Source of the DNA: Zootoca vivipara | Taxonomy: Eukaryota | Direction of reading: 5' to 3' | Length of the DNA: 64,000 bases | Assembly: GCF_963506605.1 (NCBI RefSeq) | Contig: NC_083277.1 | Coordinates: 86,180,001 to 86,244,000 of the forward strand | Part shown: one piece after another, positions 52,460 to 64,000 of the stretch | Position numbering within the stretch: the first letter of the stretch is position 1 | How the letters are laid out: every line of letters starts with the position of its first letter | Translations under genes and position numbers: made by a program | Notes under the pieces: generated by a model | Told to the model about the DNA's origin: nothing | Seen by the model: only the letters and a program-made list of their open reading frames with translations | The model's database searches: none

Positions 52460-55400
52460 AGATCAGGAGATCAGGAAGAGTCCCCAGTTTTGTTTTCAAT
52501 TCCTTCTGGAGAATGAGAAATATTTCCTTGACCCCCTGTACAGAAGATTTATAATCTCTGTGTGGATTTTTCGTAATTAAATGCATCTTCTAGAAATGCA
52601 AGTTACCTCTCATATTCCTTACAGCTTATATTTTGCAGAGTCCTTCTTGACACTCGATTCTGGGCTCTCTAGGTGCAATAGCTCCACTTATAAATAAGTA
52701 ACATATATTGATGGCAGAGAATTCATGGTAAGTACCATTGTATATTGCCATCGGCATTTTTGTGAAATTTAGGGCAGTCCCAAAAGCTGAGAAGCCCTTT
52801 GAGCAGGGATTTGAGTAATCTCTCATCCCCCAGGAACTACAAAATCTGACCTCTAATATGGAATCTGAGATATTATCTACATAATTACAATATTGTAGGT
52901 TTCTTGTTTTCTTTTAAAACGAGGAAGTATTTTAGCCCATAAATGCGGAGGGGACAACTTGAAAAACAGGTTGATAAGTTCTGGGAATTGGGAGAATCGT
53001 GGTAGAGTACCAGTTGTGAAAGTTGAACAAAAGCACTTTGATGTCTCAACTTTCAAAACTGATTTCAGCTCAAAAGGTTTCTTTTGTGTAGGACCTGAGA
53101 CTTTTTAGTTTGGATTTTAGAGCACCTGGCTAGTACAGATTGGTCTCTTTCCCCTCCCTCTTCTTTATAAAATGTTTTATTTCCTTTCTTGGGAGGACCA
53201 AATTCTCACGGTGCAACTATAAAAGTAGGCTGCTAGGATTGCATCGGAGCAACCATTTTGGGTTTTTGGGTTTTTTCCTAAATAGCCAGCAGAGGTAAAA
53301 AGAAAGAGGAATGTATTTGCATCCTAATAAAGTTATGTGGAGTATTTAATGCATCTGGCCATCCTTTCCTTGATAATAAGTTAATACAGGTAAAACATAC
53401 TGTAGTTAATCAGTAGAAAAGTAGAGATTCATGCTGATGTGGTTATGACAGACCTTTGCTATAGAGTTTTATCTCTGTTCTTGCTACAGGAGATAAATAA
53501 CTAATGTGGTAGCCCATATTTTCGTATAGAATATCTGCAAGCCTGACTTCAGAACCCTTCCTCCTTTTACAGATACATAATAGCTGTGTTCCAGTGTGGT
53601 CTCTCAAGCTTGCATGCTTCCTCTAGCGCACCCATAGGGAGATCAGAAGCTTTTGCTTCTGTTTTCACCAACCCCAGTTCAGTGTTATGCCTGAACCTTG
53701 ACAAGAGTGTGGTTTGTGTTAGCTATGGTTTACAGAAACATGTCCATTTCAAACGGTGTGTTAAGAAATTGGCTTGTTTCAGTAAACAAACCATGGTATG
53801 AGCACCCACAGTTTGGATGAGTATACTCTGATTAATTGGAAAGAGAACCCAAGGCTTCCCATCTCTTCTTAATGGGTGAGGGCTCATTCACATAAAGCTT
53901 ATACCATAGTTTAGCACTCTGTTCAAACACAGCCAATGCCAGTTAAAGGTCCAGTGCACATATTGCCCCAATGTGTCCATGCTACATACGTTGTGGGTCA
54001 GGAAAGAATCTGGGGCTTGCATGCACGTGTTCACATACATGCACACTTCAGTGCACATAAAATGTATTGTATGAACTGGAGCTTGTTTTCATGCAGTCAT
54101 ATGTATTCTGCATCCATGTACAGTAATCTTCCCATCTATGTATGGGCCGTTATTGTGTGCATGCACAACATTCTACAGGTATAGAATGCAAGCCTGAGAT
54201 GACTTCTCCTGCATCACTTGCAGAGCATCTAAATGCAGTATGAGAATGAACCCTAAGATACTGGAACACCAAACCATTACATTTTAATAAAGGGTAATTT
54301 AACTGGTGCAATTTGAGAAGGAGGGGGGGATTTAAACTTGGGGACTCGTTCATACACTCTCAACCTGTGATGGCCAGAGGAATTTGAAAAAACTACCTTG
54401 AGCCAGTCAACTGCTTGTTAAAGTCACAACCTCATTTCATCCAGGATTAGGATTGTGGTCCCTTGCATCAAATGGCCCTCTTTAAAAACTGCATTTTCCC
54501 ACACTCCCTTTGGAGTCATGTGAACAGGCTCCTGGATTGACCATATTATGTAGCTGGCTGGCTGGGCTACTTTCAGACTCAGTGCTAAATCTTACGAGCA
54601 TTACTAACGCTGGCTGGATGCAGTTTTCTAATCAAAATGCTACACTTTTAGTATGACTGATTTGCATAAATCTCAAGGTGTTTAAATGGAAGTTGCAGCT
54701 GTATTATTCAATTACTGTTAAGAAAATGTAGTGAGCTGTGACTGGCAAAGAAGCTCTGTTACAAAGAGGAGAATACAACGTTGTCTGATAGTGGCTAAAA
54801 AAAAGAATCCATTTATTGGGCAGCATTGTATTCAATGGAGTGCTGAATGTGGATAGTTAAATGTTTGTGTTTGGATATCTGGGTAATGTAAAGCTGTGGG
54901 TTATTGTTTCTTTGAGGGATACTAAAGCATTGTATTTAAAAATTCTTGTGCACGCTTGTGAAGCCTTTTGAATTAATGTGTTTTTCAAAAGAAATATATT
55001 TTTTTAAAAGTTCTGTACCTTTGAACTGGTTTGATTAGTGTCCTGGATTTCTTTGCCTACAGTGATGTGTAATGTCTGTCTGGCCGATTAACAAGCTTAC
55101 ATTTTTAACTTGGCTTCCTAAAGCCCTCCTTCCTTTGTATGTTGTGCTTGCCGTTTGCGTGCCTGCTAGTAGCCATTTTTCGCAGACCCACATTTGATGT
55201 CTGATGCGGAGAATGATCACCTTGCTCTGTGGGCCAGTGATGGGCATAGCCCAGAGGCAAAAGTGGCCAGAACAACCAATGAGACTCTTACCTTTGTACA
55301 TGCAAAGTGTGAGGTTGTGCACATACACATGTAAACATACATGGGCATGCAAGACATTGGTACGGTTATTGACAATCTCCTTGTTCCACAAGTTCACGTA

Positions 55401-55897
55401 GTCCTTTTTGTTCATATGAATGCCATTGCTAATTGTTAATCTTGATGACCAATCAGAATGGGTTCTGTCCTCGTGGGCTGTTCAGTGGAACTCTAGGAGG
55501 AGGAGCCTGGTAATTGGTTGTTGGAATCCCCAAGGGAAGGTATAAGTGGCCCTAGAGGAGTTAAGCTTGGGACTCTTCAGCACTGGTGTGATTTAGTGCT
55601 CTGAGCTTGCTATTAAGGAGGCCATTGCTGGCTAAGGCTAGGTCTGGCTCATTTTATTTATTTGTCAAGCTTCTAGACCACTCTTCAAGTCACAGAGCTG
55701 TTTCCAACACCATTTGAAACGAAGCATTGTGCCATTTAAAACAAAATACCGTTTAAAATTGCAGCAGATTAAAATGATGAAACAGCAGGACAACGCAAAA
55801 CAATCCTAAGACCCAGAGTCGCTGGCGAAATGGTTGCCACATCAGGTAGTGACTTACAGATATAGGAATAGCCATTGCAGAGTGCATACAACCAATA

Positions 55898-56062
55898 CAG
55901 TGAGGGGGGGGAAGTATTTGCTCCCCTTCTGGGTTTCTGGGGTTTTTCCTGTTGCTATTCTGTCTCTCACAGCTACAATAAACCTAAATGTATTTTAAAT
56001 TTTTGTTGGAAGTCGCCTAGAGTGGCTGGGGAAACCCAGCCAGATGGACGGGGTATAAATAA

Positions 56063-56116
<54 letters not shown>

Positions 56117-56203
56117 GCCATTAAAATTATGGACTGGTCATTTCTTCATCAGAGGGCAAATGGGCAAATTTAGCAGGGGATCAAATACTTTCCCCCCTCA
56201 CTG
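55898..56203. mobile_element. Tc1-like non-autonomous element interrupted by an L2-type tail with (TTA)n
   Basis: TA-CAGTGAGGGGGGGGAAGTATTTG ... CAAATACTTTCCCCCCTCACTG-TA. Confidence 0.75.
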
Positions 56204-56802
56204 TAGAGCTTTTTTATGATTTCAAATGCAGTGCATGTGGTCACATACCTTCTAACATTCAGGGGCAAAACTAGGCTTTATTTCACCTGGGTCAAAGACC
56301 CAGTTTGGCACACGAACACACGTGCATTTGCAGACACACACAAGCTGGGAGCCTCAATGGCACCCCTCTGGAGGCTTCACCTGGGGCAAAAAAAAACCTG
56401 GTTAGCGCCCCCGTAGCTACAGCTCTGCAACATTCCACATGAAAATAAGGACATTCCTTTCGCTACATAATGGAGGTGTAAGATGCACCCCTAGTGAGGG
56501 AATTCTATAACTAAGATCCCTTTGCTGATCTTAACGCCTTAGAAGGTCAGTAGAAAAGGAGGTGGTCTTTCAGTTGTTGGGGCCCCCAAGTTATTTAAGG
56601 CTTTGAACAGTAATGTGAGCACCTTGAATTAGGCCTGGAAACAAATTGGCAACCAGTGAAGCTATTTTGTAGAGTTCCGCAAGCTGGGGGGGGGGGGGTA
56701 GGTTGGGGCCAGAATGTGTGGTGGTGTATGAGTTGCACACACAGGAAAGTCGGACTACAGCAACCAATTGTGATATGAATGAATTCTAAACAAATGTGTT
56801 AT

Positions 56803-57262
56803 GGGTGGTGGGAATGGGTGATTGGCTGATAGGAGTGGTAAACCTGTTGACGACTGTTAACGACTGCAACTCATTACCAAGCTTAAAACCATGGAGAGAC
56901 CTGGTCTGAATAAGGACATTGGATTCTTATCTCATTATATATGATAAAGCTTTCTTTAGCCATCTCACCCCTTGCTCTTTTTTTGCAAGACCAATTGCAG
57001 TCGTTAACAGTCGTCAACAGGTTTACCACTCCTATCAGCCTATCACCCATTCCCACCACCCTTCTGAGTAATACCCCTCCCCACCCACTGATTATACATA
57101 AGAGTCTGGTGACTTCTGTTTCAGTGTATCTGAAGAAGTGTGCATGCACACGAAAGCTCATACCTATGACAAACTTAGTTGGTCTCTAAGGTGCTACTGG
57201 AAGGATTTTTTTTATTTTTTGTTTCGTCTACGTCAGACCAACACGGCTACCTACCTGTAACT
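56803..57262 (+). mobile_element. Penelope-like element 3' end with inverted partial pLTR
   Basis: GIY-YIG C-terminal peptide LITKLKTMERPGLNKDIGFLSHYI* (~56870-56944); 67-bp inverted arms 56803-56869 / 56995-57061 with 1 mismatch; hammerhead motif downstream. Confidence 0.85.
57126..57163 (+). ncRNA. Minimal type I hammerhead ribozyme (Penelope-associated)
   Basis: GTAT-CTGAAGA-A-GTGTG(CATG)CACAC-GAAA-GC-TC^ATAC: core boxes, stem II hairpin, stem I GTAT/ATAC and palindromic AGCT stem III. Confidence 0.72.
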
Positions 57263-57704
57263 ATGAATATAATAGTTATCATAAAACCCACTAGGTGGCA
57301 GTGTGCTGTTACAAGTACACCACACTATGTCCCTGAAACTCATTTGACTTTCTAAACACTTTGAAATTTGGTTTTGCTCATCCTGTTCTGAGCTAGGCAT
57401 CTTTTATTCATTTATTCATATAGAGTTCTGGGGCCCTTTTAGTCAGTGAATGAAATGCCAAAATACAATTTAAAAATATATTGGATCACTTAGAAAGTGT
57501 CTAAGGAGAAGGAGATCAAAGGATATCTGGTAATTTCAGTGGAAAATGGGGTAGATGAGAAGCCTAGCTCAGGGTGGGGGTACTCTGAGCAAATTGCCCA
57601 CAGTCTTGTGACACCCAATACTTACTGGTTGTTGAGGGTGGGCTACAATGCCATGTGGGTCCCAGGGATGTTTGGGGTATTTAATCTTGTTGGAATCTTG
57701 TTGG

Positions 57705-58132
57705 ATGTATGGAAGTGAGAGCTGGACCATAAAGAAGGCTGATCGCCGAAGAATTGATGCTTTTGAATTATGGTGCTGGAGGAGACTCTTGAGAGTCCCA
57801 TGGACTGCAAGAAGATCAAACCTATCCATTCTTAAGGAAATCAGCCCTGAGTGCTCACTGGAAGGACAGATCGTGAAGCTGAGGCTCCAATACTTTGGCC
57901 ACCTCATGAGAAGAGAAGACACCCTGGAAAAGACCCTGATGCTGGGAAAGATTGAGGGCACAAGGAGAAGGGGACGACAGAGGACGAGATGGTTGGACAG
58001 TGTTCTCGAAACTACAAACATGAGTTTGACCAAACTGCGGGAGGCAGTGCAAGACAGGAGTGCCTGGCGTACTATGGTCCATGGGGTCACGAAGAGTCGG
58101 ACACGACTAAACGACTAAACAACAACAACAAC
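57705..58132 (+). mobile_element. Bov-B (RTE) LINE, 5'-truncated
   Basis: YGSESWTIKKADRRRIDAFELWCWRRLLRVPW...HGVTKSRTRLND; (CAA)n tail; TSD AATCTTGTT. Confidence 0.93.
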
Positions 58133-58958
58133 AATCTTGTTAGGCTTGGGGAGGGGGGGTTGGGAAGTATGGCTGATGCTTTTATAGTGTATGTTGTGAT
58201 GCTTTTATTTTTTTAAATTGTAACAAAACCTGATAACTCAGCTTAGGATAAACTTTTTTAAAAATAAAACTCTTACAGAGCAATAGTAATTTTGAAGGCG
58301 AGGGGGCAGACGATTAGCTCTGATTTGAGACCAGCCTGGGATCCAGCTCCCCCCATGTCTGTACAGTTGTGTTGCAAACAACAACAGCTTTGCTGTTGTG
58401 AAGCCTTGTCCTATTGCAGAACAGTCTCTTTTGATGTACATTTCCAGGTAAGTATAGGTGATTGTGGGTAGGATCGATGAGAGGCCTGATAAAATCTCCC
58501 TCAAATTTAAAAAGCCTTTGTTGTTTAGTGGATTTCTTCAATAACCATCCCACTGGGGTGTTTAAGGAAACTTGGTCATAGCAGCAGCCACTTGGAACCC
58601 ACAAAAGTGGAATCCCCAGGCCTATGAGTTACACAGGCTTATATAGAGGCATTCCCTCGCTTTATGCATAGAAATCAAGTCGTTTTCTTGGAGGAAAAGC
58701 ATGCCTGCATTATCAGAGCTGGATGCCTCATTCAGAGAGAAGGACAGGGTGCCTCCTTTCTATCAGGCTCGCTCAAGGCCGAGTTCTTCCTGCACAAACA
58801 ATATTGACCCAATCTTAATACAGCCTGAAAAAGGAAATTCTCCTAACATCCTTTTGCGCTCTCTTTTACAGTTTCTACATCGCTTCACATGCAGGCTACC
58901 TACCAGAATACATCCTATAAATTTCCAATACAATTTCTGTGTATTATACCCTTGGTGT

Positions 58959-59799
58959 CATCTGCATATCTGAGGTTATGCAGATGACACCAAGGGTATA
59001 ATACACAGATGACACAACCTTGTGCAGATGACACAACCTTGATGGCAGAAAGTGAGGAGGAATTAAAGAACCTTTTAATGAGGGTGAAAGAGGAGAGCGC
59101 AAAATATGGTCTGAAGCTCAACATCAAAAAAACCAAGATCATGGCCACTGGTCCCATCACCTCCTGGCAAATAGAAGGGGAAGAAATGGAGGCAGTGAGA
59201 GATTTTACTTTCTTGGGCTCCTTGATCACTGCAGATGTTGACAGCAGTCACGAAATTAAAAGACGCCTGCTTCTTGGGAGAAAAGCAATGACAAACCTAG
59301 ACAGCATCTTAAAAAGCAGAGACATCACCTTGCCGACAAAGGTCCGTATAGTTAAAGCTATGGTTTTCCCAGTAGTGATATATGGAAGTGAGAGCTGGAC
59401 CATAAAGAAGGCTGATCGCCGAAGAATTGATGCTTTTGAATTATGGTGCTGGAGGAGACTCTTGAGAGTCCCATGGACTGCTAGAAGATCAAACCTATCC
59501 ATTCTTAAGGAAATCAGCCCTGAGTGCTCCCTGGAAGGACAGATCGTGAAGCTGAGGCTCCAATACTTTGGCCACCTCATGAGAAGAGAAGAATCCTTGG
59601 AAAAGACCTTGATGCTGGGAAAGATGGAGGGCACAAGGAGAAGGGGACGACAGAGGACGAGATGGTTGGACAGTGTTCTCGAAGCTACGAACATGAGTTT
59701 GACCAAACTGCGGGAGGCAGTGCAAGACAGGAGTGCCTGGCGTGCTATGGTCCATGGGGTCACGAAGAGTCGGACACGACTAAACGACTAAACAACAAC
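58959..59799 (+). mobile_element. Bov-B (RTE) LINE, 5'-truncated at the YADD motif with a rearranged 5' junction
   Basis: Open frame ADDTTLMAESEEELKNLLMRVKEES...RTRLND; CAA tail; 13-bp TSD ATACCCTTGGTGT (58946-58958 / 59800-59812). Confidence 0.93.
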
Positions 59800-60172
59800 A
59801 TACCCTTGGTGTGGTTATAAGCACCTTCCATTTGGTGTTGTGATCCGAGTACATGTTGTAACAGAGCGCTCCCTCCGTACTGTGGACTTCCTCTTTTCCT
59901 GTCAGGAAGCAGAGGTTGCGTTCCAAGGTTCCTTTCCTTTCGGTTGCAATTGTTGCCTCACTGCACGGCTTGTTCTTTGCAGGATGAGCAATTTATTTGC
60001 ACTTGCTTCCTACCCACCGACTTGTTTCCTCCCTCCCTGCGGTTTCTCACACCTTTCACTAATTGTGGGTAGCTTTCTCTGGGCTGCTTCCCAACTTGCT
60101 TCAAACAGTGATGGAAGCTTTAATATCCCCATTCCCCCTTTTATTCTCTTTCCCCTATGACCTATCTATATA

Positions 60173-60817
60173 CAGTGGCACCTCGGTTTTCGAATGTAAT
60201 CCGTTCCGGAAGACCGTTCAAGTTCCTAAACGTTCGAAAACCGAAAACTCGAATACGGAAGCCTCAATACGGAAACCCCAATACGGAAGCCACGTTGCAT
60301 GTTCAGTTTCTGAGGTGTGTTCGAAAACAAGCATTTACTTCTGGGTTTACAGCGTTTGGAAACAGAAATGTTCGGCAATGGAGACGTTCGAAAACCAAGG
60401 TACCAACGCCTTGGTACTCAACTTGGAACCCAAGCACTGCAAACCCGGATGTAAGTGTCCCAGTTTGTGAACTTTCTTTGGAAGCCAAACGTGCTCCATT
60501 TTGAGTGCCGCACTTCCGTTTTGAGTGTTACTATTTATTTTGCGTTTTTGCTGCTTTTTTTGTTTTGTTTTTGTTTTTGTGTGGCACCCAGTTCAGCCAC
60601 TGATTGATTGATTGCGTGACTGCATTTTATGGATCAAAGGTCTCGTTAGATAGTAAAATTCATGTTAAATTGCTGTTTTAGGGATTGTTTTAAAAATCTG
60701 GAATGGATTAATCCAATTTGCATTACTTTCTATGGGAAAGTGAGACTTGGTTTGGAACGCTTTGGTTTTGGAACAGACTTCTGGAACGGATTAAATTTGA
60801 GAACCAAGGTACCACTG
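60173..60817. mobile_element. Composite or nested Tigger-like MITEs
   Basis: TA-CAGTGGCACCTCGG start; internal CCAAGGTACCA end at ~60403; final CCAAGGTACCACTG-TA. Confidence 0.6.
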
Positions 60818-60844
60818 TACTTGTTTTAGTTTCATAGCAATTTA

Positions 60845-61208
60845 CAGCTGAAACTCAGAAAATTAGAATATCATCGAAAAGTGCATTTATTTCAGTAAGG
60901 CAACTTACTATTTTTTTTCTTTTTCTTTTCATTTTTACAAATGCTTTCTTTTGGAAATTCCACAGTAGTAAAACAAATACCTAGTTACAATAATACAAAA
61001 ATAAACATCACTATTACATTTCATTTGTTACATTCTATTTATAATTGACCCTCCTAACGACAAATAATTACAATTACAACAATTAAGACTTGACATATCT
61101 TGCTTTGCATGTCCTGCATCTATCTCATATATTGGTTTCACCTTTTAAGTTGCATTACTGAAATAAATGCACTTTTCGACGATATTCTAATTTCCCAAGT
61201 TTCGCTTA
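60845..61208. mobile_element. Tc1-like non-autonomous element
   Basis: ~50-bp imperfect TIRs (aaaattagaatatcatcgaaaagtgcatttatttcagtaa / ttactgaaataaatgcacttttcgacgatattctaattt). Confidence 0.7.
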
Positions 61209-61547
61209 TAATTGTGATGGCTTCACAAGCACAGTTTAAGGAATTGGGCATCACGTGGCTGACATAGTACCATCTAGGGAATTTTGATTACCAACAATGC
61301 ATCAAGGAGCAGAGGCACAAAATTGCCCCCAAGATTGAGGGGGCCCAGTGCACATTGCACATGCATGGTGGGACGATGTCTGGAGGAGGCTGAACACTCA
61401 GGAGAAGCCAGCCACTGAAGTTGAGCTGTGCTCGGCTCAATGTTTGGCCTCCTCCACCCCCTCAACACTGAGAGGGCCCAGCCCCCTTTCAACAGATATT
61501 GAGGGGGCAAAATGCCTGCCTTCATTACAATTTGTAGTGTGCTGTTG

Positions 61548-61730
61548 GAGAGAGCCAGTGTGGTGTAGTGGCTAAGAGCGGTGAGGTGTCTGTTGTGGGG
61601 GAGGAGGGGAAAGGAGATTGTTAGCCGCTTTGAGACTCCTTCGGGTAGTGATAAAGCGGGATATCAAATCCAAACTACTACTACTACTACTATTACTACT
61701 CCTCTTCTTCTTCTTCTTCTTCTTCTTCAC
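61548..61730 (+). mobile_element. Internally deleted Squam3-like SINE with (CTA)/(CTT) tail
   Basis: GAGAGCCAGTGTGGTGTAGTGG head joined directly to an L2-like 3' end and a microsatellite tail. Confidence 0.55.
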
Positions 61731-61738
61731 CACATAGT

Positions 61739-61868
61739 NNNNNNNNNNNNNNNNNNNNNNNNNNNNNNNNNNNNNNNNNNNNNNNNNNNNNNNNNNNNNN
61801 NNNNNNNNNNNNNNNNNNNNNNNNNNNNNNNNNNNNNNNNNNNNNNNNNNNNNNNNNNNNNNNNNNNN
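61739..61868. other. Assembly gap (130 N)
   Basis: Run of N characters. Confidence 1.
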
Positions 61869-62596
61869 CTGACCAAAGCCCTACTTGGTGTGGAGAATTC
61901 TTCTTCTGCTTGTTACTGGTTTGAATTATTTCCTGAAAGTCATTTACTGTTTCTTGGAAATGCAATTAATTTCCTTAAGACCAGAAAAAAGTCTATTAAT
62001 AAGCTCAGATAAATATAGCACATATACCACCCTCTGCAGCTTTTTATACCCTTGCCACTGTGTATCTAGGCTCCCGGCTGCTGGGAAGCCACACTTCCCC
62101 ATTGTGATGCTATGAGTGGGTCGGAACTATATGGCCTTTATCTCACTTCCACTTGGGCTGCTGTGGGGAACTTAAAAATAAAATAATAAAAGCTTGGACG
62201 GGCTTTCCTGTGTAATAATAGAAATAGAAGCCGTCATGGTTTGACAGGAAGGTGATGAGGGAGCCTCGCCTCATGTCCTTCACACCACCCTTCTTAGAGG
62301 AACAATAGGGTGGGGCAGGGTTAGCGAAGTGGCTCAGGGGTCAAAAATAGAAGGGAAACTTTGACACACTTCCAGTTTTAAGTGGGTGCAAGTCTAATTC
62401 CTAGCTCTGCTTTCCTTACATCCAACAAACAATCTTTGATTTTAGCAGTATCTACATCATCATCATCATTTTAGGGATGCTTTTAATATTTATTTAGGGA
62501 AGCTTTTGATATTTGATGATGATTGTATTTTAATATGTTGTTGGAAGCCACCCAGAGTGGCTGGGGAAACCCAGCCAGATGAGCGGGGTAGAAATA

Positions 62597-62645
<49 letters not shown>

Positions 62646-62651
62646 TTATTA

Positions 62652-62895
62652 CAGTCATACCTCAGTTTACGACCGCAATTCGTTCCGGGGAGCCGGTCGC
62701 TCCCCGAGTACGTTGTAAATGGAGTGGCTCTTCTGCGCATGCGCGGAGCGCCAACAGACCGCTTCTGTGCATGCGTGCACTGCGCAGATCGTTTCTGCGC
62801 ATCCGCGCGCCGCGGAACCTGGATGTAAACACTTCCGGTTCCGCGGCGGTCGCAAACCGGTCGCAAACTGCGATGGTCGTAAACCGAGGTATGAC
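62652..62895. mobile_element. Tc1/mariner (Tigger-like) MITE inserted in an (ATT)n L2-type tail
   Basis: CAGTCATACCTCAGTTTACGACC ... GGTCGTAAACCGAGGTATGAC; similar to 7010-7238. Confidence 0.75.
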
Positions 62896-64000
62896 ATTAT
62901 TATTAGTAAAAATTTGTATGCCACCCTATACCCAAAGGTATCAGTGTGGTTCACAACACAATATAAAAACACAAAATACATAATAAAATTAATTAAAACA
63001 ATTAATTATACTAATGTATATAAACTAATTAAAAATACACTCCCCAACAAAAGCCCCTGAGCAGCCCACAGCTGCAAATACAAACATCCAAGTTAACACT
63101 TAACATTTAAAAACAATTTAAGGCAACCACACTCCAAAATTTATATAGGCAATTCAGAAATACAGTCTGTGCAGGTACACTGTCCAATACTGGGATGAGG
63201 AGATATGCGACCTTTTCCTCTTACGTAGTGGGAAGAGGGGTTGAAAAGAAAAAGCTGTCAGGGGTGGCAGGCCATTTCCAGCGGCTTAATGGGCTGGATC
63301 TTTCCTGGGGACCACAGGCCTTCAACTCTTTTTGTACAGAAAATCAACATTTACCCATTTCCATTTCCTCTCCCTCTCTTTCTCTTTCTCTGTCTGCCCC
63401 AGGCCACTCTGTAGCTTTCAACATATATAAAAACATAATAAAACATTAAACATTAAAAATCTTCCCAAAACAGGGCTGCCTTCAGAGGTCTTCTAAAGGT
63501 TGTTTAGTTACTTATCTCCTTAGCTTGGGGATCACGTAAAACAGATAGTAAGAAGTAAAATGTTCCAGTTGTCACAGATTGCGCAGTATCCAAGTTGAGG
63601 CACAGCAGGAGAAAGGGTAAGGAAAGCCTAGAAAATGAGAATGTATGCAATTTAAATGCATACTTGCGTCAATACAAATTTCATACAGAGCTTTTTTGTG
63701 GTTAATATTCTCTGTATTTAGCAACTTCAGGGTTGTTGTTTTTAATGAACAGACAATAGAAGATGGTCGTAATGAAAAGGGGATAGAGAAAGTGTATTTA
63801 GTGGTCCAAGCAGGCCAGATCAAGGGGACTTTTTGCTCCTCTTTTCCTATCAGTGGTACTCTAGACTTTTGTTTACAAAATCTTATGCTACAAGCAGCCA
63901 GTTCTTGTCTTACCAGCAGAGGGAACCACAATCCTTCTTTCCTTTGCAAAGGTAGGAGCAGGAGGCTAGAAAATGGCTACTTTTGGCACAGAGTCCTTTT

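Noticed and set aside
59009-59791. 260-aa ORF as a host gene
   Set aside because: It is the C-terminal part of a 5'-truncated Bov-B RT, and its ATG arises from the rearranged junction.
52460-64000. Expected downstream neighbour CDRT4
   Set aside because: No coding exon resembling CDRT4 could be recognised by eye; a non-coding or short exon cannot be excluded.

Overview
Eukaryotic vertebrate genomic DNA, almost certainly a squamate reptile and probably a lacertid lizard (Sauria SINEs, Bov-B LINEs, Squam-type SINEs). The organism is inferred from the repeats. Genes were built by hand from GT-AG exons. On the + strand there are exons 6-9 of a divergent CYP2-family P450 (2493-6340), a CYP2 pseudogene with only a frameshifted exon 1 and exon 9 (11284-14041), a complete 14-coding-exon FBXW10 (17742-36467, ~1103 aa) and a complete 7-exon TVP23B/FAM18B (39979-52459, 207 aa). 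The window is dense in mobile elements. The most striking is an apparently full-length Sola2-like DNA transposon in TVP23B intron 4 (46661-50378). It has an uninterrupted 734-aa transposase, short TIRs, six quasi-palindromic subterminal motifs and a Gypsy solo LTR abutting its start codon. Other highlights are Penelope ends with minimal hammerhead ribozymes, a Helitron built from a 152-bp double-hairpin minisatellite, a U1 snRNA/L1 chimera, a Bov-B insertion with a fold-back 5' junction, and several near-perfect inverted repeats. There is an assembly gap at 61739-61868. No database searches were run; family calls rest on motif recognition.
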